Assembly: GCA_963716945.1 (NCBI GenBank)
Contig: OY970322.1
Coordinates: 300,001-332,000 of the forward strand
Direction of reading: 5' to 3'
From: Candidatus Saccharimonadota bacterium
Lineage (GTDB): Bacteria; Patescibacteriota; Saccharimonadia; Saccharimonadales; UBA4665
DNA: 32,000 nt
The notes beneath the pieces are model-generated. The model searched no databases and had not been told where the DNA came from. It saw only the letters and a program-made list of their open reading frames with translations. Positions 25,001 to 32,000 of the stretch are shown one piece after another. How positions within the stretch are numbered: the stretch's first letter is position 1; each line of letters opens with the position of its first letter. A program made the translations under genes and the position numbers.

Positions 25001-25450
25001 ATGGCAATGCCGACCTCCAAGAAGTACAAATCAAAACGGGCCGCGGAGGAGACGCTGAAGCGGTTTTTCGCGGCCAACCCGGGCTCGGATACGGTTTCGG
25101 TCGAAGAAATCTTCCAGGCCACCGGCCGCCACGGCAAACCGGCGCGCGCCAACATGGCCTGGCTGTCCAATAAGCTGACCGATCTGCGCTACCATGACCT
25201 AATCGATTCCGAATACTCCTACCAGGGTAAACGTCGCCTCAAGGGCATCAGCCTGTCGCTGGACGGCAAACGGGCGCTGGGCCGGGCCGGCAGCGGTCCG
25301 GCCGCCACGCCGGACCCCCAGCCCGGTAACCGCCCCGGGAGCGGCCAGGCGGTCTCTCTGGAAGACGCCTTGATGATCGTCAGCCAGCTGAAGCGGCGTT
25401 ACCCCGAGTTCGACATCGACCTGACCGTCAAACCCAAGAACAAGGCTTAA
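25001..25450 (+). CDS. Small basic protein (149 aa), possible winged-helix DNA-binding regulator
   Basis: Full ORF transcribed divergently from the giant gene. The N-terminal 100 aa read like a wHTH (VSVEEIFQATGRHGKPARANMAWLSNKLTDLRYHDLIDSEY..GKRRLKGISLSLDGKRAL). A Pro/Gly linker and a short C-terminal helix follow. The functional call is tentative. Confidence 0.55.
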   Translation: MAMPTSKKYKSKRAAEETLKRFFAANPGSDTVSVEEIFQATGRHGKPARANMAWLSNKLTDLRYHDLIDSEYSYQGKRRLKGISLSLDGKRALGRAGSGPAATPDPQPGNRPGSGQAVSLEDALMIVSQLKRRYPEFDIDLTVKPKNKA

Positions 25451-25496
25451 GCAAATAGGTATTAAACGGCTACCGGCCTGGGCGACCGGCAGTTAG

Positions 25497-26492
25497 CTAA
25501 ACCTGGGCGTGGGGAATAGGCCCGAGCGGCGGGTTCTGGACCGGCACGGCAGCAGCCAAGAGGTGCTTCTCGCGGCGTTCGCCCATCCAGAAGCTGACCA
25601 CCAGGGTAGCGGCGATAGCGTAGAGGGGCCAGAGGACCAGCAGTTTGCTGGTTGCCGGCTTCGAGCCGGCGGTGCCGCCGGCTGTCAGGACGGCACTGGG
25701 CTGACCGTTGACGATGGCGGCGACGGTCAGGAAAGCTACCCGCTGCTGGCTGTCGGTAGCCTGCAGCGTAATCTGGTAGGTGCCGGGCTTCTGGTAGGTG
25801 TGGGAGGCGTTGAAGACGGTGTTGTCGCCGCGGGGAATGACTTGGTTGCTGGAATCACCCCACTCGACATTGACGGCGAACGGCTCGGTGCCGCCGATGA
25901 TAGTGACCGGCACGTTAAGCACCTGGCCGGGAAAAGTGCCGCGGTAAACGGCGTTGGTGTCCAATAGCAGCTGCGTACCGCTGAAGTTCAGCAGGCTGAG
26001 CGGCGCGTTAACCGGCGGCACGGCGTCATAAAACACGTTGACCGTCTTCGACACCGGCCCGGCCTGGTTAAGGTCGTCATAGACCTGGGCGGTGAGGCTG
26101 TTCTCGCCGTATAGCAGGTCTATCTGGAATGAGTAGGTGCCTTTGTTGTCACACACGCCGGAGCCGGCGAAAATGTTGTTCTTGTAGATCTCAACCAGCG
26201 TGCCCGACGGGCAGGTACCGGAGATCGTTATCGGCGAGCTGCTGAAGTGCTGCTGGTCGGCCGGCGAAGTGATGGTGGCGGCTACTTTGGGCGGTACGCC
26301 GGGGACGGTACCGGTCAGGCTGACCGAGTCGGATTGCGGCGGCGGGCTGGCGGCAAAAGTCGAAACGGAGAACATAACCAGTATCAGGCCCACGGCTAAA
26401 ACTAGACACGCCAGGGGGATGTAGGATGTGTGTTCGTGGGGCCGGAGGCGGCCGCTGTGTTTGTGTTGGCTTATTTTTAACGGACCGTACAT
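25497..26492 (-). CDS. Doubly membrane-anchored surface protein (331 aa) with Ig-like and PKD-like domains
   Basis: N-terminal basic His-rich motif KISQHKHSGRLRPHEHTSY followed by a TM segment (IPLACLVLAVGLILVMFSV). Ig-like segment (ITSPADQQHFSSSPITISGTCPSGTLVEIYKNN). PKD signature (VEWGDSSNQ...ASHTYQKPGTYQITLQATDSQ). C-terminal TM segment (LLVLWPLYAIAATLVVSFWM). Confidence 0.75.
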   Translation of the reverse strand: MYGPLKISQHKHSGRLRPHEHTSYIPLACLVLAVGLILVMFSVSTFAASPPPQSDSVSLTGTVPGVPPKVAATITSPADQQHFSSSPITISGTCPSGTLVEIYKNNIFAGSGVCDNKGTYSFQIDLLYGENSLTAQVYDDLNQAGPVSKTVNVFYDAVPPVNAPLSLLNFSGTQLLLDTNAVYRGTFPGQVLNVPVTIIGGTEPFAVNVEWGDSSNQVIPRGDNTVFNASHTYQKPGTYQITLQATDSQQRVAFLTVAAIVNGQPSAVLTAGGTAGSKPATSKLLVLWPLYAIAATLVVSFWMGERREKHLLAAAVPVQNPPLGPIPHAQV

Positions 26493-26500
26493 ACGAGCCT

Positions 26501-26509
26501 ATTATACCA
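26501..26509 (-). promoter_or_regulatory. Extended -10 promoter element (TGGTATAAT) for the 331-aa gene
   Basis: The minus strand reads TGGTATAAT, then 8 nt (aggctcgt), then ATG 26492. No Shine-Dalgarno, so the mRNA is near-leaderless. Confidence 0.45.
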
Positions 26510-26568
26510 CTTGTGCTATGAATTCAGCCCTGGCGCAAGCGGACGGTTTTACTTCGGTAAAGGTAAAG

Positions 26569-27603
26569 CTATTGCTGCGGGTTCGGGTCTCTAGGCGGCT
26601 GCTGCCGCTTCTGAGCCTGTTCCAGGATGCGGCGGTTGTAGCGGCGGATAGCGTAGCGCAGGATGAAGAAGGCGGCGATCAGCAGGACGATGATGATACC
26701 GATCGTGCGGTAAGGGATAACCCAGAAGACCAGGCTGGCCGTCAGGACTTTCTTGCTGGTGCCGTAGGTAACCTTCAGTTTGGCGGTGTAGCGTCCGAAC
26801 AGTTTCTTGTTGCCGATGACCGTCTTATCAAGCGGTTGGCTGAACTTGCGAATGCTCTGGGGCAGAATGTTTCCGGGGGGGACATTGACGTTGACGGCCC
26901 CCAGTTCTTTGCCGAACATATCGGTTACGGTTACCTGGCCGGTGGGCTGGACGTGGACGTTACCGGTGTTTTTGAAGCGTTCGACGAAGTTGACCGGGCC
27001 GGCCGAGAAGAAGGTACCGGTTTGGCCGTTGTGGTTTACCGAAAACTCCTGCACGTTGAGGTTCTCGGTAATCTTGCCGTTAACGGTCAGCAACACCAGC
27101 GCGCCCAGGCTGGCGGAAAGCGACACGCCGCTGCCTTGGAGCGACGGCGCGGTGGCGGTGAAACGGATAACGCCGTAGTGGCCGCCGGGCGAAGCGTTAG
27201 CCGGAATGTGAAAAGTTACCGGCAGGGTCTTAATCTGTTTGGGAATAAGCTGCAGGGTGGGCAAAGCCGCTACCCAGCCTTTCAGCGAGTAAGGGTCGTT
27301 GTCGTTATTGTTCAAAAGCACTTTTGGCGTACCGGTTTCGCCGTCGGCTACGAAATCGTTGACCTGGCCGGTAACGATCAGGTCGCCGCTGGAAATGTCG
27401 CGGATATAAATCTGGCTGTTTATGGTCTGGCCGGGGTTTACCGTCAGGTAGAGCAGGGGCGGCGCGATTTCGAGCGCCTGGCCGTTGTTGGCAGTGCTGG
27501 AAGGGGATGCCGCCGGGGTGGCTGCGAGAGCCGGGGCGGTCATCTCCAAGCAGAGCGCGATTAAGGAAGCGCCGGTTAGTATGAGTTTAGTAAGTTTCTG
27601 CAT
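26569..27603 (-). CDS. Signal-peptide + two-beta-domain + C-terminal-TM protein, architecture of DUF916/DUF3324 (WxL-interacting protein) family
   Basis: Signal peptide (LILTGASLIALCLEMTAPALAA). The first half reads LEIAPPLLYLTVNPGQTINSQIYIRDISSGDLIVTGQVNDF. The second half reads QVTVTDMFGKELGAVNVNVPPGNILPQSIRKFSQPL...GRYTAKLKVTYG. C-terminal TM anchor with a basic tail (VIPYRTIGIIIVLLIAAFFILRYAIRRYNRR). Only 4 nt separate it from the upstream paralog gene. Confidence 0.7.
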   Translation of the reverse strand: MQKLTKLILTGASLIALCLEMTAPALAATPAASPSSTANNGQALEIAPPLLYLTVNPGQTINSQIYIRDISSGDLIVTGQVNDFVADGETGTPKVLLNNNDNDPYSLKGWVAALPTLQLIPKQIKTLPVTFHIPANASPGGHYGVIRFTATAPSLQGSGVSLSASLGALVLLTVNGKITENLNVQEFSVNHNGQTGTFFSAGPVNFVERFKNTGNVHVQPTGQVTVTDMFGKELGAVNVNVPPGNILPQSIRKFSQPLDKTVIGNKKLFGRYTAKLKVTYGTSKKVLTASLVFWVIPYRTIGIIIVLLIAAFFILRYAIRRYNRRILEQAQKRQQPPRDPNPQQ

Positions 27604-27607
27604 AATC

Positions 27608-28732
27608 TTAGAAAGTAGCCGTACAGATATAAGTTAGGGTGGTGGTGTAGGTTCCGACAGCCTGGGCACCATTCACGTTGACTATATAAGACGTCGTATA
27701 AATTTGCGAGTCGGTCGGTCCGGCACCGCCGTCAGCACTATTGGCTACAGGATCTCCGCTTAGATACTTAAAGGTATCAGCCGTACTGTAACCTGTCAAT
27801 GGCTGACCCTTGTAATTGGTGCCGTTGGCAGCCGGGGTCAGGGCGGTTCCGACGGCCGGTGTCGACGTGGCCGTGGTATTAGGCATAAGGTTGAGCCCGA
27901 ACTGGCTGGTGCCGCGTACACCCACGCCGGCGGTACTCATGGCCGTGACGGTATTGCTGCCGGCGGTCAGCGTCGGCCCGTTAACGGTTATGCTGTAGCC
28001 CGAAGCGGCATTGGTCGAGGCCGACATCTGCGAGGTGGCCGTCGCCGTATCGGATGGCGAGAACAGCTGGTTGAAGTTAATGGCGCCGCTGGTGGCCGTC
28101 GAGCAGTCCGGCACGCCGCCGGTAGTCCCGATGGTGCCGCCGGTACAGAAAATCAATGATTCGGGCATGGTACCGGTCAGCGTGATCTGGTTGGCCGTGC
28201 TGGCGGCTACCGTTCCGGTGTCGGTCGGACTGCCGCTCGTATCGGTCGAGGCAAAGGTGGATATCCGGACGTAGAAGGTCTGGTTCGCCGTAGTCGGGTT
28301 GGTTATGCCGGTCAATTGTTCGGTAACGGTCGTGCCTGCCGTGACCGAGGCTGACGTCCGGGTCAGGTAAGGCGCGCCGTTAGTGGTGTTAACCACGCTA
28401 GTAAAGGTAGCGCCGCTGTGGGTGCCGTAAGCGGCCGACGTAGTAACCAGACCGGTCGGCGTAGTACAGGTTCCGCCGGCCGTCGTACAGTACAAAAATT
28501 GGATTGAGCCCACGTTAGTGTTACCGACCGACGGCAAGGTAAAAGTGAACAAATGGTTAACGACGCCGCCGGGTTTGGACCCGCCGTCACTGACGCCGGC
28601 TTGCAGCGTCAGGCTGCGCGAAGTGATCTGCGCCGCCGCTACTCTCCCCGATGGAAGCAGTGAAAAGACCATTAGACTTAGGCCGCCCATAGCGAGCACA
28701 AGTCGAACCAGCTTCCTTCCACTCCAAGTCAT
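27608..28732 (-). CDS. Secreted Thr/Ser/Gly-rich surface protein, paralog C (374 aa), WxL-like C-terminal strand
   Basis: Signal peptide MTWSGRKLVRLVLAMGGLSLMVFSLLPSGRVAAA|QITSRS. Conserved Cys pairs (LYCTTAGGTC; FCTGG..PDC). Terminal motif VGTYTTTLTYICTATF-COOH. Own promoter at 28739-28768. Confidence 0.8.
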   Translation of the reverse strand: MTWSGRKLVRLVLAMGGLSLMVFSLLPSGRVAAAQITSRSLTLQAGVSDGGSKPGGVVNHLFTFTLPSVGNTNVGSIQFLYCTTAGGTCTTPTGLVTTSAAYGTHSGATFTSVVNTTNGAPYLTRTSASVTAGTTVTEQLTGITNPTTANQTFYVRISTFASTDTSGSPTDTGTVAASTANQITLTGTMPESLIFCTGGTIGTTGGVPDCSTATSGAINFNQLFSPSDTATATSQMSASTNAASGYSITVNGPTLTAGSNTVTAMSTAGVGVRGTSQFGLNLMPNTTATSTPAVGTALTPAANGTNYKGQPLTGYSTADTFKYLSGDPVANSADGGAGPTDSQIYTTSYIVNVNGAQAVGTYTTTLTYICTATF

Positions 28733-28738
28733 GCCTAA

Positions 28739-28768
28739 ATACTACCATGAGCATTTCATTGCAGTCAA
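28739..28768 (-). promoter_or_regulatory. Sigma70-like promoter (TTGACT-N18-TGgTAGTAT), leaderless start at 28732
   Basis: The minus strand reads TTGACT (28768-28763), an 18-nt spacer, TAGTAT (28744-28739) preceded by TG, then 6 nt (ttaggc) and the ATG. No Shine-Dalgarno. Confidence 0.55.
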
Positions 28769-28811
28769 AAGAACTTATCCCCGTTTTTAAGTTAACAAAC
28801 CGGGCCGGCTG

Positions 28812-29930
28812 CTAGAAGGTCGGCGTACAGATATAAGTCAGGGTAGTGGTGTAGGTTCCGGCAGGCTGGCTACCAGGGACGTTAGCGATGTAGGATACGG
28901 TAAATATCTGGGCGTCGGAGCCGCCAGGGCCGCCATTGGCGCTGTTAGCCACGCTGTCCGTGCTTGTGAACTTAAAGTTGTCGACGGCATTGTAGCCGGT
29001 AATAGCCTGGCCCCTGTAGTTAGTGCCGTTAGCCGCCGGTGCCACCTCGGTTCCGACCGCCGGTGTCGACGTGGCCGTGGTGTTGGCTTTCAGGTTGAGG
29101 CCGAACTGGCTGGTACCGCGGATACCGGTAGTCGAAGTACCCATAGCGACGATGGTGTTGCTACCGGACGTCAGCGTCGGCCCGTTAACGGTTATGTTGT
29201 AGCCCGAACCGGCGTTGGTCGAAGCCGCCATCTGCGAGGTGGCCGTCGCCGTATCGGTAGGCGAGAAGAGCTGGTTGAAGCTGACGGCGCCGCTGGTAGC
29301 CGTCGAGCAGTCCGGCACGCCGCCGGTAGTCCCGACCGTGCCGCCGGCACAGAACACCAGGGACTCGGGCATGGTGCCGCTGACGACTATTTGGGTGGCG
29401 GTACTGGCGGCTACATTACCGGTATCTGTCGCGCTGCCGCTCGTATCGGTCGAGGCAAAGGTGGATATCCGGACGTAGAAGGCTTGGTTCGCCGTAGTCG
29501 GGTTGGTTACCCCCAGCAACTGGTAGCTAAGCGCCGTACCCGAAGAGATACTGGCTGCCGTACGGGTAATGTACGGAGCCCCGTTGGTGGTGTTGACAAT
29601 ACTGAAGCCGGTAGCGCCGCTTTGGGTACCCATGGTAGCCGACGTAGTAACCAGACCGGTCGGCGTAGTACAGGTTCCGGCCGCGGTGGTGCAATAAAGG
29701 AACTGAATCGAGCCGACATTACCGGTACTGCCGGTCGTGAAGTTGAACAAATGGTTAACGACGCCGCCGGGTTTGGACCCGCCGTCACTGACGCCGGCTT
29801 GCAGCGTCAGGCTGCGCGAAGTGATCTGCGCCGCCGCTACTCTCCCCGATGGAAGCAGTGAAAAGACCATTAGACTTAGGCCGCCCATAGCGAGCACAAG
29901 TCGAACCAGCTTCCTTCCACTCCAAGTCAT
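28812..29930 (-). CDS. Secreted Thr/Ser/Gly-rich surface protein, paralog B (372 aa), a mosaic of paralogs C and A
   Basis: The first 62 aa and the upstream promoter are identical to paralog C. The remainder is identical to paralog A except for a central patch that contains a 49-bp tract identical to C. It ends AGTYTTTLTYICTPTF-COOH. Confidence 0.8.
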   Translation of the reverse strand: MTWSGRKLVRLVLAMGGLSLMVFSLLPSGRVAAAQITSRSLTLQAGVSDGGSKPGGVVNHLFNFTTGSTGNVGSIQFLYCTTAAGTCTTPTGLVTTSATMGTQSGATGFSIVNTTNGAPYITRTAASISSGTALSYQLLGVTNPTTANQAFYVRISTFASTDTSGSATDTGNVAASTATQIVVSGTMPESLVFCAGGTVGTTGGVPDCSTATSGAVSFNQLFSPTDTATATSQMAASTNAGSGYNITVNGPTLTSGSNTIVAMGTSTTGIRGTSQFGLNLKANTTATSTPAVGTEVAPAANGTNYRGQAITGYNAVDNFKFTSTDSVANSANGGPGGSDAQIFTVSYIANVPGSQPAGTYTTTLTYICTPTF

Positions 29931-29936
29931 GCCTAA

Positions 29937-29966
29937 ATACTACCATGAGCATTTCATTGCAGTCAA
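29937..29966 (-). promoter_or_regulatory. Second copy of the TTGACT-N18-TGgTAGTAT leaderless promoter (start at 29930)
   Basis: Identical sequence to 28739-28768, displaced by 1198 bp. Confidence 0.55.
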
Positions 29967-30009
29967 AAGAACTTATCCCCGTTTTTAAGTTAACAAACCG
30001 GGCCGGCTG

Positions 30010-31149
30010 CTAGAAGGTCGGCGTACAGATATAAGTCAGGGTAGTGGTGTAGGTTCCGGCAGGCTGGCTACCAGGGACGTTAGCGATGTAGGATACGGTA
30101 AATATCTGGGCGTCGGAGCCGCCAGGGCCGCCATTGGCGCTGTTAGCCACGCTGTCCGTGCTTGTGAACTTAAAGTTGTCGACGGCATTGTAGCCGGTAA
30201 TAGCCTGGCCCCTGTAGTTAGTGCCGTTAGCCGCCGGTGCCACCTCGGTTCCGACCGCCGGTGTCGACGTGGCCGTGGTGTTGGCTTTCAGGTTGAGGCC
30301 GAACTGGCTGGTACCGCGGATACCGGTAGTCGAAGTACCCATAGCGACGATGGTGTTGCTACCGGACGTCAGCGTCGGCCCGTTAACGGTTATGTTGTAG
30401 CCCGAACCGGCGTTGGTCGAAGCCGCCATCTGCGAGGTGGCCGTCGCCGTATCGGTAGGCGAGAAGAGCTGGTTGAAGCTGACGGCGCCGCTGGTAGCCG
30501 TCGAGCAGTCCGGCACGCCGCCGGTAGTCCCGACCGTGCCGCCGGCACAGAACACCAGGGACTCGGGCATGGTGCCGGTCAGCGTGATCTGAGAAGCCGT
30601 GCTGGCAGCCACGTTGCCGGTGTCGGTCGCGCTGCCCGTGGTGTCGGTAGAAGCGAAAGTCGAGAGGCGCACATAGAAAGTCTGGTTCGCCGTAGTCGGG
30701 TTGGTTACCCCCAGCAACTGGTAGCTAAGCGCCGTACCCGAAGAGATACTGGCTGCCGTACGGGTAATGTACGGAGCCCCGTTGGTGGTGTTGACAATAC
30801 TGAAGCCGGTAGCGCCGCTTTGGGTACCCATGGTAGCCGACGTAGTAACCAGACCGGTCGGCGTAGTACAGGTTCCGGCCGCGGTGGTGCAATAAAGGAA
30901 CTGAATCGAGCCGACATTACCGGTACTGCCGGTCGTGAAGTTGAACAAATGGTTAACGACGCCACCGGGCTGCGAACCGCCATCCGTAACGCCCGCCTCA
31001 AGGGTCAGGCTGCGGCTGGTAATCTGCGAGGCAGAGACGCTGGCCGGTATAGAGGAGAGAGTTCCTACTACTAGACCTGCCACAAATAGTACAGCTATGA
31101 GGAATGATAATTTAGATTTTTGGAACATTTTTGTTTTTAGTTTATCCAC
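30010..31149 (-). CDS. Secreted Thr/Ser/Gly-rich surface protein, paralog A (379 aa)
   Basis: Its signal peptide differs from B and C (KLSFLIAVLFVAGLVVGTLSSIPASVSA|SQITSRS). The longest ORF starts at GTG 31147-31149, with an alternative ATG at 31126-31128 (MFQKSK). The mature part is near-identical to paralog B. Confidence 0.8.
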   Translation of the reverse strand: MDKLKTKMFQKSKLSFLIAVLFVAGLVVGTLSSIPASVSASQITSRSLTLEAGVTDGGSQPGGVVNHLFNFTTGSTGNVGSIQFLYCTTAAGTCTTPTGLVTTSATMGTQSGATGFSIVNTTNGAPYITRTAASISSGTALSYQLLGVTNPTTANQTFYVRLSTFASTDTTGSATDTGNVAASTASQITLTGTMPESLVFCAGGTVGTTGGVPDCSTATSGAVSFNQLFSPTDTATATSQMAASTNAGSGYNITVNGPTLTSGSNTIVAMGTSTTGIRGTSQFGLNLKANTTATSTPAVGTEVAPAANGTNYRGQAITGYNAVDNFKFTSTDSVANSANGGPGGSDAQIFTVSYIANVPGSQPAGTYTTTLTYICTPTF

Positions 31150-31219
31150 GAAGAGCGTAACAGAAATTTCAGCCTCTTGTCAAGGCATATTTACGCAAGC
31201 GCTATGGTCTGTGGAAAAG

Positions 31220-31942
31220 TTAATAAGTACCGGTACACAATATCGTCTGGCCGCCGGTATAGTTACCGCCCGGCGTCAGGCTGCTGACGTTGACTATATA
31301 ACTTATGGTGTAGGTGGTCTGGCCGGAGCTTTTGGGGGCCGTAGCGATGGTGTCGCCGCTGTTGAACTGGTAGCTATTGGAGGTGTTGTAGCCAGCGGCC
31401 GCCGAGCCCGTGCCGAACTGGCCGTGGTCGGGGTTAAAGCCCAGCGAAGTCGGCAGCGTATTGGCTACCAGGTTGATGCCGAACTGTTCGACACCTGTCT
31501 GGGAGGGCGCGGCCGAGGCAATGCCGGAGATAACGTGCGCCCCGTTCGTCGGCGGGTTGCCAAAAATCTGGACGACGTAGCCGTAGCTGGTATAGTCGAG
31601 CACCTGGAAGCTCGAGGTCGCGGTCGCCGTGGTGCTTGGCGAGAAGTCGCCGAAGCTGACATTGGAAGAGTTAACGGCGAAGGCCAGCGCCGGGTCGCTG
31701 GTGGTGGTGTTGCCGGCATTGATCTGGAAGCTGGCCGAAGCCGAGTTCCCAATACCCAGGATGCCGGCCGAAGTCGAGGCTTGGTAGTCGGGCGACTGGG
31801 TATCGAGGATACTGTTGCCGCCGAGGGCGCTTTCTTCGAACTGGTAGTTGGTCGACTTAAGGGTATCGGCAAAAGCGGCCGACGCGGTGACCGCGACGGT
31901 GCAGACCACGACCACGGACAAACATAACCTCGGCTTCACCAT
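31220..31942 (-). CDS. Short paralog D (about 240 aa) of the same secreted family, first gene of the locus
   Basis: Preferred start is ATG 31940-31942 (MVKPRLCLSVVVVCTVAVTASAAFA|DTLKS, a good signal peptide). The ORF is open to 31990. It ends GGNYTGGQTILCTGTY-COOH, the same terminal pattern as A/B/C. A CAATAT -10-like box lies 6 nt upstream of the ATG. Confidence 0.7.
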   Translation of the reverse strand: MVKPRLCLSVVVVCTVAVTASAAFADTLKSTNYQFEESALGGNSILDTQSPDYQASTSAGILGIGNSASASFQINAGNTTTSDPALAFAVNSSNVSFGDFSPSTTATATSSFQVLDYTSYGYVVQIFGNPPTNGAHVISGIASAAPSQTGVEQFGINLVANTLPTSLGFNPDHGQFGTGSAAAGYNTSNSYQFNSGDTIATAPKSSGQTTYTISYIVNVSSLTPGGNYTGGQTILCTGTY

Positions 31943-32000
31943 ATCTTTATATTGTTGCTGAACCGGGGGTATTTTGCAAACCGCTAACACTTGGTCATGG

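Larger units (their letters stand above)
28546..30577 (-). repeat. 1198-bp-period tandem duplication: an 834-bp perfect direct repeat (28546-29379 = 29744-30577)
   Basis: Each copy holds the 5' end of one paralog, the 79-bp promoter-bearing intergenic region and the 3' 568 bp of the next paralog. A second identical block is 29485-29765 = 30683-30963. Identity was judged by direct comparison of the printed sequence and by identical translations on both strands. Confidence 0.85.

Noticed and set aside
26428-27564. 378-aa plus-strand ORF antisense to the DUF916/DUF3324-like gene, and the 330-aa plus-strand ORF at 30935-31927 that spans two paralog genes.
   Set aside because: Both are antisense shadows. 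The second crosses an intergenic region and two signal-peptide-encoding 5' ends. They have no motifs and an Arg/Gly/Ala-rich composition, whereas the minus-strand genes form a coherent paralog family.
27608-31149. Diversity-generating retroelement (template/variable repeat pair) as the explanation for near-identical paralog segments.
   Set aside because: No reverse transcriptase ORF is present in the window. The differences between the copies in the variable patch involve all four bases and indels, not adenine-specific substitutions. The pattern fits homologous recombination instead.
27608-31942. The C-terminal aromatic residue (..TF / ..TY) read as an outer-membrane beta-barrel (BAM) signature.
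   Set aside because: The proteins contain conserved disulfide-type Cys pairs and a Thr/Gly-rich soluble-looking composition. They have a Firmicutes-style anchored partner protein. No usher, porin or BAM-like gene is nearby. A beta-sandwich surface protein is more consistent, though a diderm context cannot be excluded from this window alone.

Overview
GC-rich bacterial window dominated by secreted, membrane-anchored and cell-envelope proteins. I saw no rRNA, tRNA, CRISPR array, transposase or integrase. I support about 22 protein-coding genes and one decayed gene. Left third (1-12.5 kb): orphan proteins, a cupin, a trypsin-like protease and a peptidoglycan/glycan-active trio (GH5 hydrolase, YkuD L,D-transpeptidase, M14 carboxypeptidase). 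Middle (12.5-24.7 kb): an 865-aa surface protein, then a 2811-aa (8.4 kb) giant surface protein whose core is a perfect 1524-bp tandem repeat (about 2.8 copies) with nested sub-repeats. Right end (25.5-32 kb): the best candidate for an undescribed system. It is a six-gene, single-strand locus with four paralogous Thr/Ser/Gly-rich secreted proteins: one of 256 aa and three of 372-379 aa that form a recombining mosaic array with an 834-bp perfect direct repeat. These sit beside a signal-peptide/C-terminal-TM protein built like the DUF916/DUF3324 WxL-interacting proteins of Firmicutes, and a doubly anchored PKD-domain protein. The locus looks like a very divergent WxL-type or new non-covalent surface appendage module. 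Several genes, including the paralogs, carry an extended -10 box (TGnTAnnAT) exactly 6 nt upstream of the ATG, which implies leaderless mRNAs. Lineage is only an inference: the surface-protein load, leaderless starts and an N-terminal HKHSGRLRPHEHTSY motif hint at a monoderm, possibly Patescibacteria/Saccharibacteria-like organism. All homology calls come from motifs read by eye and need profile or structure searches.
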